64,000 nucleotides of DNA from NCBI GenBank assembly GCA_043743335.1, contig JAYTWR010000004.1:1708-65707 (forward strand), read 5' to 3'. The notes below the pieces were generated by a model, which was not told the DNA's origin, ran no database searches, and saw nothing but the letters and a program-made list of their open reading frames with translations. The position numbers and the translations under genes were made by a program. Positions 1 to 9,359 of the stretch are shown here, piece after piece (the first letter of the stretch is position 1; each line of letters opens with the position of its first letter). This DNA comes from Burkholderiales bacterium (lineage in GTDB: Bacteria; Pseudomonadota; Gammaproteobacteria; Burkholderiales; SG8-41).

Positions 1-166
1 CGCCGCCAGCAAACAGCATCACCCTGGCCTTGGCGTTCGCGGTGGGCAACAGCAGCACCCGTTGGGTGACGCCCGCTCGGGTAGGCACGTCCACCACCCG
101 CAGGGTTTGTGCGCTTACCAGCGAAGGAAATAAAATAAATAATAAAATCAAATAGTTACGCATCAT
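1..166 (-). CDS. secreted protein of unknown function, N-terminal part only (runs off left edge)
   Basis: ATGATG at 166-161 preceded by AAGGAA. It reads MMRNYLILLFILFPSLVSAQ/TLRVVDVP..., a typical signal peptide. It is too short for the ORF track. Codons 3-9 are a copy of the AT-rich motif. Confidence 0.4.
   Translation of the reverse strand, partial: MMRNYLILLFILFPSLVSAQTLRVVDVPTRAGVTQRVLLLPTANAKARVMLFAGG
141..159 (+). repeat. AT-rich IHF-consensus motif copy (AATAAAATCAAATAGTTAC)
   Basis: Exact WATCAANNNNTTR core (AATCAAATAGTTA) after an A-tract. It lies inside the signal-peptide codons of the minus-strand gene at 1-166. Confidence 0.7.
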
Positions 167-221
167 TCGGAGTTTCCTTCAGCGGCTGTTACAGGGCTTT
201 GGCAGCGACGCGCACGAATCG

Positions 222-1790
222 TCAGGCGCGCGCGGCGTTGGTACCGGCGATGCGGCCTGTCACAAAGCACTCGGCGATGTTGCCGCCGGACAAATACAAA
301 TGCCCGAATGCACTGCCGAGCTCGCCTGCGGCGTACAGGCGTGGTATCGGCGCGCCGTAGGCATCGATGATGCGCGATTGCGCGTCGTGTACCGGGCCGC
401 CTTGCGTGTTGGACAGCGTGGCCCACACCGGCGCGCCATAGAACGGCGGCTTGACGATGGGTGTCATGCTGGCAGGCGGGCGACCGAAGTCGGCGTCTTC
501 GCCTTTGGCGCACTGCGCGTTCCAGCGCGCGACGTTGGCTTCCAGTGCCTGCGGATCGAGACCGAGTTTTTGCGCGAGCTCGGTCAGCGTAGGGGCTTGC
601 GTCAGGATGCCATTGCCGACTTCTTGCAGATTGTCATCACTCCATTGGTAGCGCACACCTTCGTCGTTGGACGTGGCTTTGCCCAGCGGATACATACGCC
701 GGCCTTCGTCGTCACAAATCATCACGGCGGGATTGCGCGGCGCGGTTTGAGTTTCAGGGTCGAAATACTGCATCGAGCGCACGCCGGTGTCTTGCGTGTA
801 CGGCTGGTACTCGGACATAAATCGTTGCGCCCGCTGATCGAGCAGAATCCAAGCCATTTTGAGTTTGACCTGATGTTTTTCACCGGGGAACCAGTCGGGA
901 AAACGCTTCAGGCGAATCGCGTACGGGTAGCTGGGGTCGCTGTGGCGAAAGCCGTACGCGCCGTGGATCATCCACATATGCCAGAGCTGCGCGCCCAAAT
1001 CCTGCGCCATGCGAATGCCGTCGCCGGTGTTGGTGCGCGCAGCCGCATTGAGCACCGGATTGCCCTCAAGAAACTGCTGCTTAATTTCAGCGCTGCCTTC
1101 AAAGCCGCCGCAGGCGAGCACCACGCCGCGCCGCGCTTGAATATTGCGTTCGACGCCGTGGCTGCGCACGCGCACGCCCAACACCTCGCGCGTCACGGGG
1201 TCGGCAATCAGCCGCACCGCAGCGGTATTCAGGCGCACCTCGATACCGCGTCGATCCACGTTGTCGTGTACCACTTTAAACAGCTTGGGCCCGTTCGGTG
1301 CGCCGTTGGCCCACGGATACGTGTGGGCGGCATCGAAGCCGGGCACGCCGATCACCGAGGTGTGATAAAACGCCTCGGTGCCGGGCAGCGGGTAATTGGC
1401 GCTGATGCGCCGCCGGTGGTTGTCGCCGGTGGGATCAACGGCAGCCTCGCGTTGCTGGTTTTCTTCAATCGAGGTTTGCACTTGCGCGTGGTTGACTTTG
1501 GCCAACTCGCGCACATACGCCTCAAGCTCGCACATGCCGTGCGCCAGTGCGCGGTTCACGTCGTCCGGCGTGCGCCCGCCGTTGGTGGCTTTGAGATAGG
1601 CAAACGCGCCGTCGCGGTCACGCGCGCTGCGCACCGCGCCATACGAACAAATCGACAATCCGCCCGGCACGCTGGATTTTTCGAGTATCAGCGTTTTGGC
1701 CCCATGGTCGGTGGCGTTGATTGCGGCTATCGCCCCGCCATGGCCGAAGCCGGCCACGATGACATCGAAGGATTCGTCGAAGATTGGCAT
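222..1790 (-). CDS. FAD-dependent oxidoreductase (fumarate reductase/succinate dehydrogenase flavoprotein-like, FAD_binding_2)
   Basis: 522-aa ORF. N-terminal dinucleotide-binding motif DVIVAGFGHGGAIAA...LILEK; C-terminal LYAAGE..GG motif typical of this flavoprotein family. Confidence 0.85.
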   Translation of the reverse strand: MPIFDESFDVIVAGFGHGGAIAAINATDHGAKTLILEKSSVPGGLSICSYGAVRSARDRDGAFAYLKATNGGRTPDDVNRALAHGMCELEAYVRELAKVNHAQVQTSIEENQQREAAVDPTGDNHRRRISANYPLPGTEAFYHTSVIGVPGFDAAHTYPWANGAPNGPKLFKVVHDNVDRRGIEVRLNTAAVRLIADPVTREVLGVRVRSHGVERNIQARRGVVLACGGFEGSAEIKQQFLEGNPVLNAAARTNTGDGIRMAQDLGAQLWHMWMIHGAYGFRHSDPSYPYAIRLKRFPDWFPGEKHQVKLKMAWILLDQRAQRFMSEYQPYTQDTGVRSMQYFDPETQTAPRNPAVMICDDEGRRMYPLGKATSNDEGVRYQWSDDNLQEVGNGILTQAPTLTELAQKLGLDPQALEANVARWNAQCAKGEDADFGRPPASMTPIVKPPFYGAPVWATLSNTQGGPVHDAQSRIIDAYGAPIPRLYAAGELGSAFGHLYLSGGNIAECFVTGRIAGTNAARA

Positions 1791-1801
1791 ATTAAAAACA
1801 C

Positions 1802-1820
1802 TTTAAAATCAATTAGTTAT
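1802..1820 (+). repeat. AT-rich IHF-consensus motif copy (TTTAAAATCAATTAGTTAT)
   Basis: Exact AATCAATTAGTTA core. It sits in the 35-bp gap between two minus-strand genes, 11 nt upstream of ATG 1790. Confidence 0.7.
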
Positions 1821-1825
1821 AAAAA

Positions 1826-2722
1826 CTATCCGGGTGGACTCAGCGCTGCGCTGCCGGCCGCCTGAAAAATCAGTCTCCCGCCCAACGATGTCGGCAGCGT
1901 AACGCAAATGCGATCCCCCAGGGCTTGCCCGCCAACGATGGCGCGGGTGGCGGCCAAATCGCTGCTGTCGATGACGTAGCCGGCGATCCACGGTTGCGCA
2001 GGCGGGGTGGCACCCAACCACTGCTGTGAAACGGCTGGCGTGTAGAACAAGAGATAGCCACGGGCGGTATCGATGCGCCAGGCGTTGCCCGTGGGCTGTG
2101 CAGGGAGCCCGGTGAAGCGCGCGTAGCGTTGCGCGGCGGTGGCGGGGTCAGCTACGCAAATGAGCACGCCTGCCAGTGCGGTGGCGTGATTGGCGTGATG
2201 AATCCAACGGCTTTGCCATACCACTTCGGGCGTGTGGTGCTGGCAGTATTGGATACGGCCTTCGGCCATGGCGTCCGGCGGCACGCGCACGACGGTAAAG
2301 CGCGCGGTGGCCTCGCCGCTTGCAGTGCCCACTTGGCGCTGCAGCGCGACGGACGGCAGCGGGGCAAAGCCTTCACGGGTCAGGCGCGCATGATCGGCAG
2401 CGGGCGTTGCTGTGCCAAAAGCGATGAGGTGTACCCCGGTGTAGCGCGCAATGGCGTTGCGTAGCTGCTGTGCGTTGGGGGTGTCGTGCGTGGGCGTCAG
2501 AAATTCCAGATAGCCGTGTTGCAGCATGACACAGCGATTGGCCGTGCCCGCAGCCGTCAGCGGGCCGCCGGGCGTAAGCCGGTGCGACTGGGCGGACTGC
2601 GGCGTCAGGGTAAAGCCCAAATGCGTGAGTGCTGCGCTGGCGGCGCCGCTATCGGGCAGAAAGTGCGCGACATGGTCTACGGTGTGTTTGGTGGCAGTGG
2701 TGGTTTTGGGGCGGGTTGACAT
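1826..2722 (-). CDS. VOC/glyoxalase-like domain protein
   Basis: The ORF reads DHVAHFLPD...LGFTLTP...GTANRCVMLQHGYLEFL, a pattern typical of Glyoxalase_3-type proteins. I prefer ATG 2722 (MSTRPK..) over the TTG at 2743 used by the track. Confidence 0.6.
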   Translation of the reverse strand: MSTRPKTTTATKHTVDHVAHFLPDSGAASAALTHLGFTLTPQSAQSHRLTPGGPLTAAGTANRCVMLQHGYLEFLTPTHDTPNAQQLRNAIARYTGVHLIAFGTATPAADHARLTREGFAPLPSVALQRQVGTASGEATARFTVVRVPPDAMAEGRIQYCQHHTPEVVWQSRWIHHANHATALAGVLICVADPATAAQRYARFTGLPAQPTGNAWRIDTARGYLLFYTPAVSQQWLGATPPAQPWIAGYVIDSSDLAATRAIVGGQALGDRICVTLPTSLGGRLIFQAAGSAALSPPG

Positions 2723-2733
2723 GGTGCGGTGAG

Positions 2734-2752
2734 TATAAATCAATGACTTTAG
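2734..2752 (+). repeat. AT-rich motif copy, one mismatch to IHF core (TATAAATCAATGACTTTAG)
   Basis: AATCAATGACTTT. It lies in the divergent intergenic region, 11 nt upstream of the minus-strand ATG 2722. Confidence 0.5.
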
Positions 2753-2874
2753 GGGGATCGGTAACGCGTTTGTTTCTGTGGTGTAAAAGGTTTGTAAAAA
2801 GGCCTGTAACGCCGTTGCTTGTGTGTATGGGGGCGCGTTATCTTCGCACCCGCTTACACACGAGGACTTTTGCC

Positions 2875-3633
2875 ATGAACATCGCCGTGCTCGACAGTGA
2901 TACCTACGAAGCCCAATTGCTAGAGAAAGCCTTGCGTGCCGCCGGGCATGTGGTCAAGTGCTACACCGCCGACAGCGCGTTGCTCCGCGAATTTGCGCAT
3001 GCGCCGGTGGATATGATTATCGCCAGTCTGGGCATTGCCGAGGCCGGCGGTCGCAAAACCGTGGCCTTGCTGCGCGAGCAGTTGCCGTCGCAGGTGCTGC
3101 TGATCTGCCTGTTAAAGGTCAATATCGAAAGCGACATGGTGGCGGCGCTCAGCGCAGGCGCGGACGACTGCATGATCAAACCCGTGCGCTATCTGGAATT
3201 GCAGGCGCGTATCGAGGCCGTCGCGCGTCGCACGCGCACGCCAGTGGTGCCGGTGCAGCAAAAAATTGAAATAGGCGGCCTGCGCGTGGATTTGCGCAAT
3301 CGCATGATTTATCGCGACAACGAGCGGTTGACGCTGACACCCAAGACCTATGACCTTGCCGTGCTGATGCTGACGCACACCGGCCAACTGCTGTCGCGCG
3401 CACACCTGCTTGAACAGGTGTGGGGCCACGGACGCGCGACCTCCGCGCGCACGTTGGACACGCATGTCAGCCGTCTGCGCGCGGTACTCGGATTCACCGT
3501 TGAAAATGGCTGGAAATTGCAATCGGTTTACCAGCATGGTTACCGCTTGGATCGTTTGGAGCGTCTGGAAGGTGTAGCGGCGCTTTCCGGCAATGTCAGC
3601 CGAGAAGCGGGTGCGTTGGCCTGCGTGGCGTAA
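2875..3633 (+). CDS. OmpR/PhoB-family winged-helix response regulator with atypical (Asp-less) receiver
   Basis: Receiver domain plus C-terminal trans_reg_C pattern (LTPKTYDLAVLM..LLSRAHLLEQVWG...RTLDTHVSRLR..YRL). In-frame ATG at 2875 (MNIAVLDSD..). The phospho-acceptor position reads DMIIAS instead of D...D. Confidence 0.85.
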   Translation: MNIAVLDSDTYEAQLLEKALRAAGHVVKCYTADSALLREFAHAPVDMIIASLGIAEAGGRKTVALLREQLPSQVLLICLLKVNIESDMVAALSAGADDCMIKPVRYLELQARIEAVARRTRTPVVPVQQKIEIGGLRVDLRNRMIYRDNERLTLTPKTYDLAVLMLTHTGQLLSRAHLLEQVWGHGRATSARTLDTHVSRLRAVLGFTVENGWKLQSVYQHGYRLDRLERLEGVAALSGNVSREAGALACVA

Positions 3634-3646
3634 TGCCTGACGGACG

Positions 3647-4648
3647 TTAGTATCCCAGCTTGCGGTCGACGATATTGATGAGTTTTTTGCTGGCGAGAAA
3701 ACGTTCAAAGTTGCTGAACCAGAAGTCGAGCAGGCGCGCCATATAGCGTGGATCATCGCAACTGATGTGCGGCAGCACAAGCACGTTTGGGGTGGTCCAA
3801 AACGGCGAGTCTTGCGGCAGCGGCTCTTGGTCAAATACGTCGAGCACGGCACCCAGCAGATCGCCGCTTTGCAGCCGTTCGCGCAGCGCCGTGTAATCCA
3901 CAATCGGCGAACGCCCAATGTTAATAAAGCCCGCGCCGGGCTTTAATCGGTGAATGCGCTCGCGATGGATGAGGCCGCGAGTCTCTGGCGTAAGCGGCGC
4001 GGTGACAATCACAAAATCGGCTTTGGGCCATACGCTGTCGATACGCGCAGACGTCACCACGCGATCTGCTAGGCGGTGCGCCTTGCCGCTGCGGGTAACG
4101 GCAATCACGTTCATGCCCAGTTTTTTCGCGGCACGCCCTGCCCCTTGTCCCAGATCACCAAAGCCAATAATCACCGCCGTTTTGCCGGTGATGGGCGTCG
4201 TGAAAATGCTGCGCCAGACTTTGGCCGTCTGATTTTGCATCACTTCCGGCATACGCGCTTGCAGCATCAGCAGCGCCATCAGGCAGGATTCTTCAGCCTT
4301 GGGGCCGTGCGCGCCGCGATTATTGGTCAGCGCAATGGCTTTGGGCAGCCACGTTAGCGGCATGAGGAAATCGACGCCAGCGCTGGTGGTTTGTATCCAC
4401 TTGAGATGCGGCGCGCGGGTGCGCAAGTCGTCTCTGGGCGGTGCGGTATTGGTTAACAGAAAGTCGGCGGTTTTCAGCGCTTCGTCAAAAATGGCTTGGT
4501 CTTCGCCGGCCGTGATGCGCAGTTTTTTTGCCAGTGCGCGGTGGCGTAGCGCGGCGGCCTGCCAATCCACCAGCCGCGGCTGAAAAATCAGCGGGCGCTG
4601 CGTGGCGGATTCCAAGTGTAAATGGTAAGTAATTGATTTTATTGACAT
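3647..4648 (-). CDS. D-isomer-specific 2-hydroxyacid dehydrogenase family protein
   Basis: 333-aa ORF. NAD-binding GxGxxG motif (IIGFGDLGQGAGRAAKKLGMNV), then LPHIS.. catalytic His region. It lies 6 nt after the UbiD stop, so it is probably in the same operon. Confidence 0.85.
   Translation of the reverse strand: MSIKSITYHLHLESATQRPLIFQPRLVDWQAAALRHRALAKKLRITAGEDQAIFDEALKTADFLLTNTAPPRDDLRTRAPHLKWIQTTSAGVDFLMPLTWLPKAIALTNNRGAHGPKAEESCLMALLMLQARMPEVMQNQTAKVWRSIFTTPITGKTAVIIGFGDLGQGAGRAAKKLGMNVIAVTRSGKAHRLADRVVTSARIDSVWPKADFVIVTAPLTPETRGLIHRERIHRLKPGAGFINIGRSPIVDYTALRERLQSGDLLGAVLDVFDQEPLPQDSPFWTTPNVLVLPHISCDDPRYMARLLDFWFSNFERFLASKKLINIVDRKLGY
4625..4645 (-). repeat. AT-rich IHF-consensus motif copy (TCAATAAAATCAATTACTTAC on minus strand)
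   Basis: It follows ATG 4648 immediately and encodes residues 2-8 (SIKSITY) of the dehydrogenase. Exact AATCAATTACTTA core. Confidence 0.7.
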
Positions 4649-4654
4649 TTTATT

Positions 4655-6268
4655 TCACCCTCTGACCGGCACTTTTGCTGCGTGGGATGAGCCACGCACG
4701 CACAGCCTGCCGCGCGGGTCTTGCCACAGTTTTTCATCGGTGTGCAGTTTGCCCAGCGCACGCGCCACTGCTTGGAAGGTGTAGTCGGCAAAGCGCTCGG
4801 CGACGGCGGAGTAATACAGCGGCTCTTGCTCGATGACCGCGAGGATGGCATCTGCGAGCACGTTGACGCTGGCGTCAGCCATGTCGTCATTGGCGGGCGC
4901 AGGGTCAGGCTTGCCGTTAGCGTAATCGGCGATTTTCGCGCGGTCGGCATAGGCATAGGCGATGCGCTCGAAGCGCTCGCGCGGGATGCCTTCGCCGATG
5001 GTGGCGTCGATGCCGACCTTTGCACCGGTGGGCACCACGCCGTGCGGCATCACGGCTAGGCTGGGGTCGAGCGGCTTGGCGCGCGCGCCGGGAATGACAA
5101 TCACGTCGCGGTCGCCCTGCACGCGCGTGGCGATGGCCCATTCCACGTCAGTGGCGTTGTGTACGTCGATGTCGTCATCCACCACCACTACGTGTTTGAG
5201 ATCGAGCACCGAGAGCGCCGCCAGCAGCGCATTTTTGCCTTCGCCCGCCTGCTTGTGAATGGAAATGACCGCGTGCCAGAACGCGCAGCCGCCGATGGTG
5301 ACGTTAATGTCTTTGACCTGCACGCCGGCGTTTTTGAGCGCCGCACGTATGGCGGTGTAGCGCGAGGGCGCGGCGAGCCAGGTGTTTTCCCAGGGCATGT
5401 GCAGCGCGTAGTAAATCGGGTCGCGGCGCATGGTCACGGCTTTGATGCGCACCAGTGGATTCCAGTGTAGGCCGCCCATCAGCCGGGTGAATTCACCGAA
5501 GCGGCCTTCGGGGTGGGTCCAGCCGGTCGGCAGGATTTCGCCTTCGAGCACCATTTCAGCGTGCGCGACACAAGGCAGGTCGATGGTTTCGCATTGCGCG
5601 AGTTCAACTGGCGCGCCACGGATGCCGCCGGTGATGCCCATTTCGTCCACGCCGATGGGCGCACGGAAATTCGCGCCCATGATTTCCATGGGATGCGTGC
5701 CGATGGATATTGAAATCGGGCACGTGCGGCCCGCCTCGTACGCGCGCTGCGCATACAAGCGCATATTGTTGGGCGTCACGATGTCGATGCCGGTGAGGTT
5801 TTTTTCTTTCACCATGAAGCGGTAGCAGCCGGAATTCAGCCCGTGCTCCGGGTCGCGCGCCATCACCACGCCGGCGGTGATCATCGGGCCGCCGTCGTAA
5901 ATCGACGACATGGGAATCGGCAATTTGAACAGATCCACGGCGTCGCCCTGCATGATGACTTGCTTGTGTGCGGGGGTTTCGCTGTAACGCGGCGACACCG
6001 GGTGATCGATGCCCTGACGTAGGCGTTGTTCGATCTGGCCGTATTCGGTGCAGCCCATGGCCATGATGGTGCGTTCGCGTGTGCGAATAATGCCCGACAC
6101 CACCGGCATGTCGTAGCCGATGACGTTGTGAAAAAACAGCGCCTTGTCGGATTGATCGACCAGCGTGGCGATGTGGCGGATATCGACCGGCTGCTGCATG
6201 TCGAGCATTTGCCCAGCGCTGCGCAGGCGGTCGAGAAATTCGCGGAAATTTTCGGTGAAAGGCTGCAT
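4655..6268 (-). CDS. UbiD-family (prenylated-FMN dependent) decarboxylase
   Basis: 537-aa ORF with UbiD blocks (DLFKLPIP, DGGPMIT, CYRFMV, EGRFGEFT, VVVVDDDIDVHN..VEWAIATR). It has a ~50-aa C-terminal extension beyond what I recall as the usual end. Confidence 0.85.
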   Translation of the reverse strand: MQPFTENFREFLDRLRSAGQMLDMQQPVDIRHIATLVDQSDKALFFHNVIGYDMPVVSGIIRTRERTIMAMGCTEYGQIEQRLRQGIDHPVSPRYSETPAHKQVIMQGDAVDLFKLPIPMSSIYDGGPMITAGVVMARDPEHGLNSGCYRFMVKEKNLTGIDIVTPNNMRLYAQRAYEAGRTCPISISIGTHPMEIMGANFRAPIGVDEMGITGGIRGAPVELAQCETIDLPCVAHAEMVLEGEILPTGWTHPEGRFGEFTRLMGGLHWNPLVRIKAVTMRRDPIYYALHMPWENTWLAAPSRYTAIRAALKNAGVQVKDINVTIGGCAFWHAVISIHKQAGEGKNALLAALSVLDLKHVVVVDDDIDVHNATDVEWAIATRVQGDRDVIVIPGARAKPLDPSLAVMPHGVVPTGAKVGIDATIGEGIPRERFERIAYAYADRAKIADYANGKPDPAPANDDMADASVNVLADAILAVIEQEPLYYSAVAERFADYTFQAVARALGKLHTDEKLWQDPRGRLCVRGSSHAAKVPVRG

Positions 6269-6271
6269 GAT

Positions 6272-7378
6272 TTATTCCGATTCCAGCAGTTCGGCGACAT
6301 GATCTGCAATCGCCAGCGACGAAGTAAGACCCGGTGACTCAATGCCGTACAGCGCGACCAACCCTTTAACACCATGTACGGTGTGGTTGTGAAAGGTGAA
6401 ATCCTGCACAGGCTCGCCCGGCCCAGTGATGCGCGGACGTATGCCGGTGTAGCCCGGTTGCAGCGTGCCGTCTTGTAGGCCGGGATAATAGTGGCGGATG
6501 GCCTGGTAAAACGAGGCTTCGCGGGTTTGATCGAACTGGTAATCCACTTGATTGATCCATGCAAAATCGGGGCCGAATTTGACACGACCACCCAGATCGA
6601 TGGTGACATGCACGCCCAGCCAATCGGGCCGCGCCACCGGGTAAATCAGCCGGTTGAAGGGCGATTTTGTGGTGAGCGTGTAGTAATGGCCGATGGCATA
6701 GAACGTGGGCGGTATGGTGGCCGCCGGAATGCCGGTGATGCTGCGTGCGACCTCCGGCGCTTTGAGGCCGGCGCTGATGATGACGCTTTTGCACTTGAGC
6801 GTCATCGGGTCAGCACCGCCAACTTCCAGCACGATGCCGTCGCTTTCCACTTGCCCGCGCAACACGGGGCTCGATAGCGCCAGCATCGCGCCGCGTTCTT
6901 CGGCCTCGCCCAGATACGACAGCATCAAACCGTGGCTGTCGATAATGCCGGTAGACGGCGACAAAAACCCGGCAACGCAGCGCACGTTGGGTTCCATCTC
7001 CTTTAGTTCGGCAGGTGCGAGCATGCGCAAATCATCCACGCCGTTGGCCTCGGCCTGTGCCTTGTATTTTCTTAAGCCCGCCACTTCAGTCTCATCGCAG
7101 GCGACGATGACTTTGCCGATGCGTTGGTGATTCACGTTGTGTTCAGCGCAATACGGATACAGCGCCTTGCGGCCCGCTAAGCACAGTCGCGCTTTCATCG
7201 AGCCCGAGGCGTAATAAATGCCCGCGTGCATCACCTCGGAGTTGCGCGCGCTGGTGTGCGTGCCGAAGGCGTCTTCGGCTTCCAGGATAACCACATCGCG
7301 CCCGCTTTGCGCGAGCTTGCGCGCAATGGCGAGGCCCACCACACCGGCGCCGATGACGGCGCAATCCAAAGTTTCCAT
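6272..7378 (-). CDS. FAD-dependent oxidoreductase (DAO family, L-2-hydroxyglutarate oxidase-like)
   Basis: 368-aa ORF. N-terminal CAVIGAGVVGLAIARKL...ILEA...SARNSEVMHAGIYY motif. The stop is 3 nt before the UbiD start. Confidence 0.8.
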   Translation of the reverse strand: METLDCAVIGAGVVGLAIARKLAQSGRDVVILEAEDAFGTHTSARNSEVMHAGIYYASGSMKARLCLAGRKALYPYCAEHNVNHQRIGKVIVACDETEVAGLRKYKAQAEANGVDDLRMLAPAELKEMEPNVRCVAGFLSPSTGIIDSHGLMLSYLGEAEERGAMLALSSPVLRGQVESDGIVLEVGGADPMTLKCKSVIISAGLKAPEVARSITGIPAATIPPTFYAIGHYYTLTTKSPFNRLIYPVARPDWLGVHVTIDLGGRVKFGPDFAWINQVDYQFDQTREASFYQAIRHYYPGLQDGTLQPGYTGIRPRITGPGEPVQDFTFHNHTVHGVKGLVALYGIESPGLTSSLAIADHVAELLESE

Positions 7379-7445
7379 GATTGTCAGTTTGAAGCGAAGC
7401 GCGTGATTTTACCGGTTTAGCTAGTCTCTGGCGTACACTGCGCGG

Positions 7446-8249
7446 ATGGATATTTGGGATCAACACTTTGTAGCGCGTTCGCCGATGTTCGAGCCGCTGC
7501 GTCCGTTGAGCGCTGCGTGGGCGGGCGCTTGGCCTGCGCCGGATGCGTTAAGCGAAATGGCACGCAACAAAGGCATCGTTTCCGGCGGCAGGCAACCCTT
7601 GTGCTTTGAAAGCCTGGCGGCAGGTGTGGCACCGACCGCAGCGGATTATGAATGGCGTTGCTACACCGAAGGCAGGGTCGCGCTGCGCGAGGGGTGTTGG
7701 CATGATTTTTTTAATGCAGCGTCGTGGATGACGTTTCCGCGCGTGAAGGCCGCGCTCAATCGCGCGCACATTGATGCTTTGCGTGTGCAGGCTGAAAGCA
7801 CGCGCAGTCGCAAGCGCGATGCCATGACGCTGTTCGACGAAAGCGGGGTGCTGGTGTTGAGCCGCAGCCGCGCCGTGCTGGACGCCATACGCGGTTTTGA
7901 CTGGCAGCGGGTGTTTTGGGATGACCGCGAAACGTTGGCGGCCAGCACGCGCTTTGTGATGGTGGGGCACGCGCTGTATGAAAAAGCGCTGTCGCCGTAT
8001 GTCGGTATGACCGGCCATGCGCTGCTGCTGGAGTGGCCAAACGCTGATGGATGGCCGGATGAGGCGGTAGGATTGGCGCAGGCGGACACGCTGGCCGCAA
8101 ACGCATTGGCGGGCATTTCACAACCGACGGATTTGTCGCCGTTGCCGGTGCTGGGTGTGCCGGGCTGGTGGGCAGACAATCGCGCGAAAGCGTTTTATGC
8201 CAACACGACGTATTTCAGGCCTGGGCGGCTACGCGCGCGCGCAGCCTGA
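7446..8249 (+). CDS. DUF3025-like protein
   Basis: 267-aa ORF with coding-like composition. WHDFFNAASWMTFPRVKAALN resembles the DUF3025 signature as I remember it. Confidence 0.55.
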   Translation: MDIWDQHFVARSPMFEPLRPLSAAWAGAWPAPDALSEMARNKGIVSGGRQPLCFESLAAGVAPTAADYEWRCYTEGRVALREGCWHDFFNAASWMTFPRVKAALNRAHIDALRVQAESTRSRKRDAMTLFDESGVLVLSRSRAVLDAIRGFDWQRVFWDDRETLAASTRFVMVGHALYEKALSPYVGMTGHALLLEWPNADGWPDEAVGLAQADTLAANALAGISQPTDLSPLPVLGVPGWWADNRAKAFYANTTYFRPGRLRARAA

Positions 8250-9359
8250 TTACGGTGCGCGAGGGGTAGTCGGGGGTTGCGCCAGCGAGACGCGATTTTT
8301 GCCTTGCGATTTACTGACATAAAGCGCGTTGTCAGCCGCTTCAAGTACGTGGTCGTAGTCTTTGCCGTGCTCGGGGTAGGTGGCCACGCCCATACTGACG
8401 GTGGTGATAACTTGCTTGCCGTGTATGGTCAATGGCATTGCGGCTATGCGTGCACGAATGCGGTCTGCGATCAGGCATGCGCCGTCGGCGTTGGTGTCGG
8501 GCAGCAGCAGCACGAATTCATCGCCGCCATAGCGCGCCAGCAAATCCACCTTGCGCAATTCGAGTTGCGCCGTGGTGGCCATGGATTTCAGCAGTTCATC
8601 GCCGGCGTCGTGGCCATGGGCATCGTTCATGGCTTTCAGACTGTCAGAATCCATCATGATGACGCTGAAGTGGCGTCCGAAACGCTGCGACATATTCAGC
8701 GTATGCGCACTAAGCGAGGCGAAGGCGCGCCGGTTCAGTATGCCGGTCAGTTCATCGGTTTCCGCCAAGGCTTTGACCTTGGCCATGGCAACGCGCGTGT
8801 CCGACGACAGCATGGTGGTGATATAGGCCACCAGCGCCAACGGTGCGAAGCGCGTCAGGCATTCTGCGCCAAACGATTGAAACGGTGAGGCGTGGCCGGC
8901 GGGGTAGCCCAGCCATACAAAACACGCAGCGATAATGAGCATGACCACTACAGTGGAGGCACGACCCAAGGTCAACGAACTGGTGATGACCACCAGCAAA
9001 TACAGATTTTGCAGCGGGCTGGTGAGGCGGCCCGTGTAGACCAGTACCCACGTGATGAATACGATCATCATGCCGGTTTCTATCGCGAGCTTCCAGTAGG
9101 CCTCGCGACGATAGAAATTGACGTAGCGAAACAGCAGCACGAAGGCCGTGTAAAAAAACATCGCCATGCTGAGGGCGGTAGCGGAGAATTGATCCGGCAC
9201 GAGAACTAGCTGATACAGCAAGACGAGTATCAGCAGCAGCCACTCGATTTCGGCAATCGTGCGTGCGAATCCTCTCAGCTCCTCGTCTGAGAGTTCGGGA
9301 TCGAAAATGAATTTGCTGCTCATGCGTGTAAAGTATGGCTCGGGGAGCCCAAGTCTCAT
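8250..9359 (-). CDS. membrane-anchored diguanylate cyclase (GGDEF domain)
   Basis: 369-aa ORF with about five N-terminal hydrophobic helices. C-terminal GGDEF domain with GGDEF and an RKVD (RxxD) I-site five residues upstream. Confidence 0.85.
   Translation of the reverse strand: MRLGLPEPYFTRMSSKFIFDPELSDEELRGFARTIAEIEWLLLILVLLYQLVLVPDQFSATALSMAMFFYTAFVLLFRYVNFYRREAYWKLAIETGMMIVFITWVLVYTGRLTSPLQNLYLLVVITSSLTLGRASTVVVMLIIAACFVWLGYPAGHASPFQSFGAECLTRFAPLALVAYITTMLSSDTRVAMAKVKALAETDELTGILNRRAFASLSAHTLNMSQRFGRHFSVIMMDSDSLKAMNDAHGHDAGDELLKSMATTAQLELRKVDLLARYGGDEFVLLLPDTNADGACLIADRIRARIAAMPLTIHGKQVITTVSMGVATYPEHGKDYDHVLEAADNALYVSKSQGKNRVSLAQPPTTPRAP

Noticed and set aside
300-1865. 521-aa plus-strand ORF antisense to the FAD oxidoreductase
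   Set aside because: It is Arg/Ala/Gly/His-rich with no recognisable motifs, the typical shadow ORF of a GC-rich gene. The minus-strand ORF has clear flavoprotein motifs.
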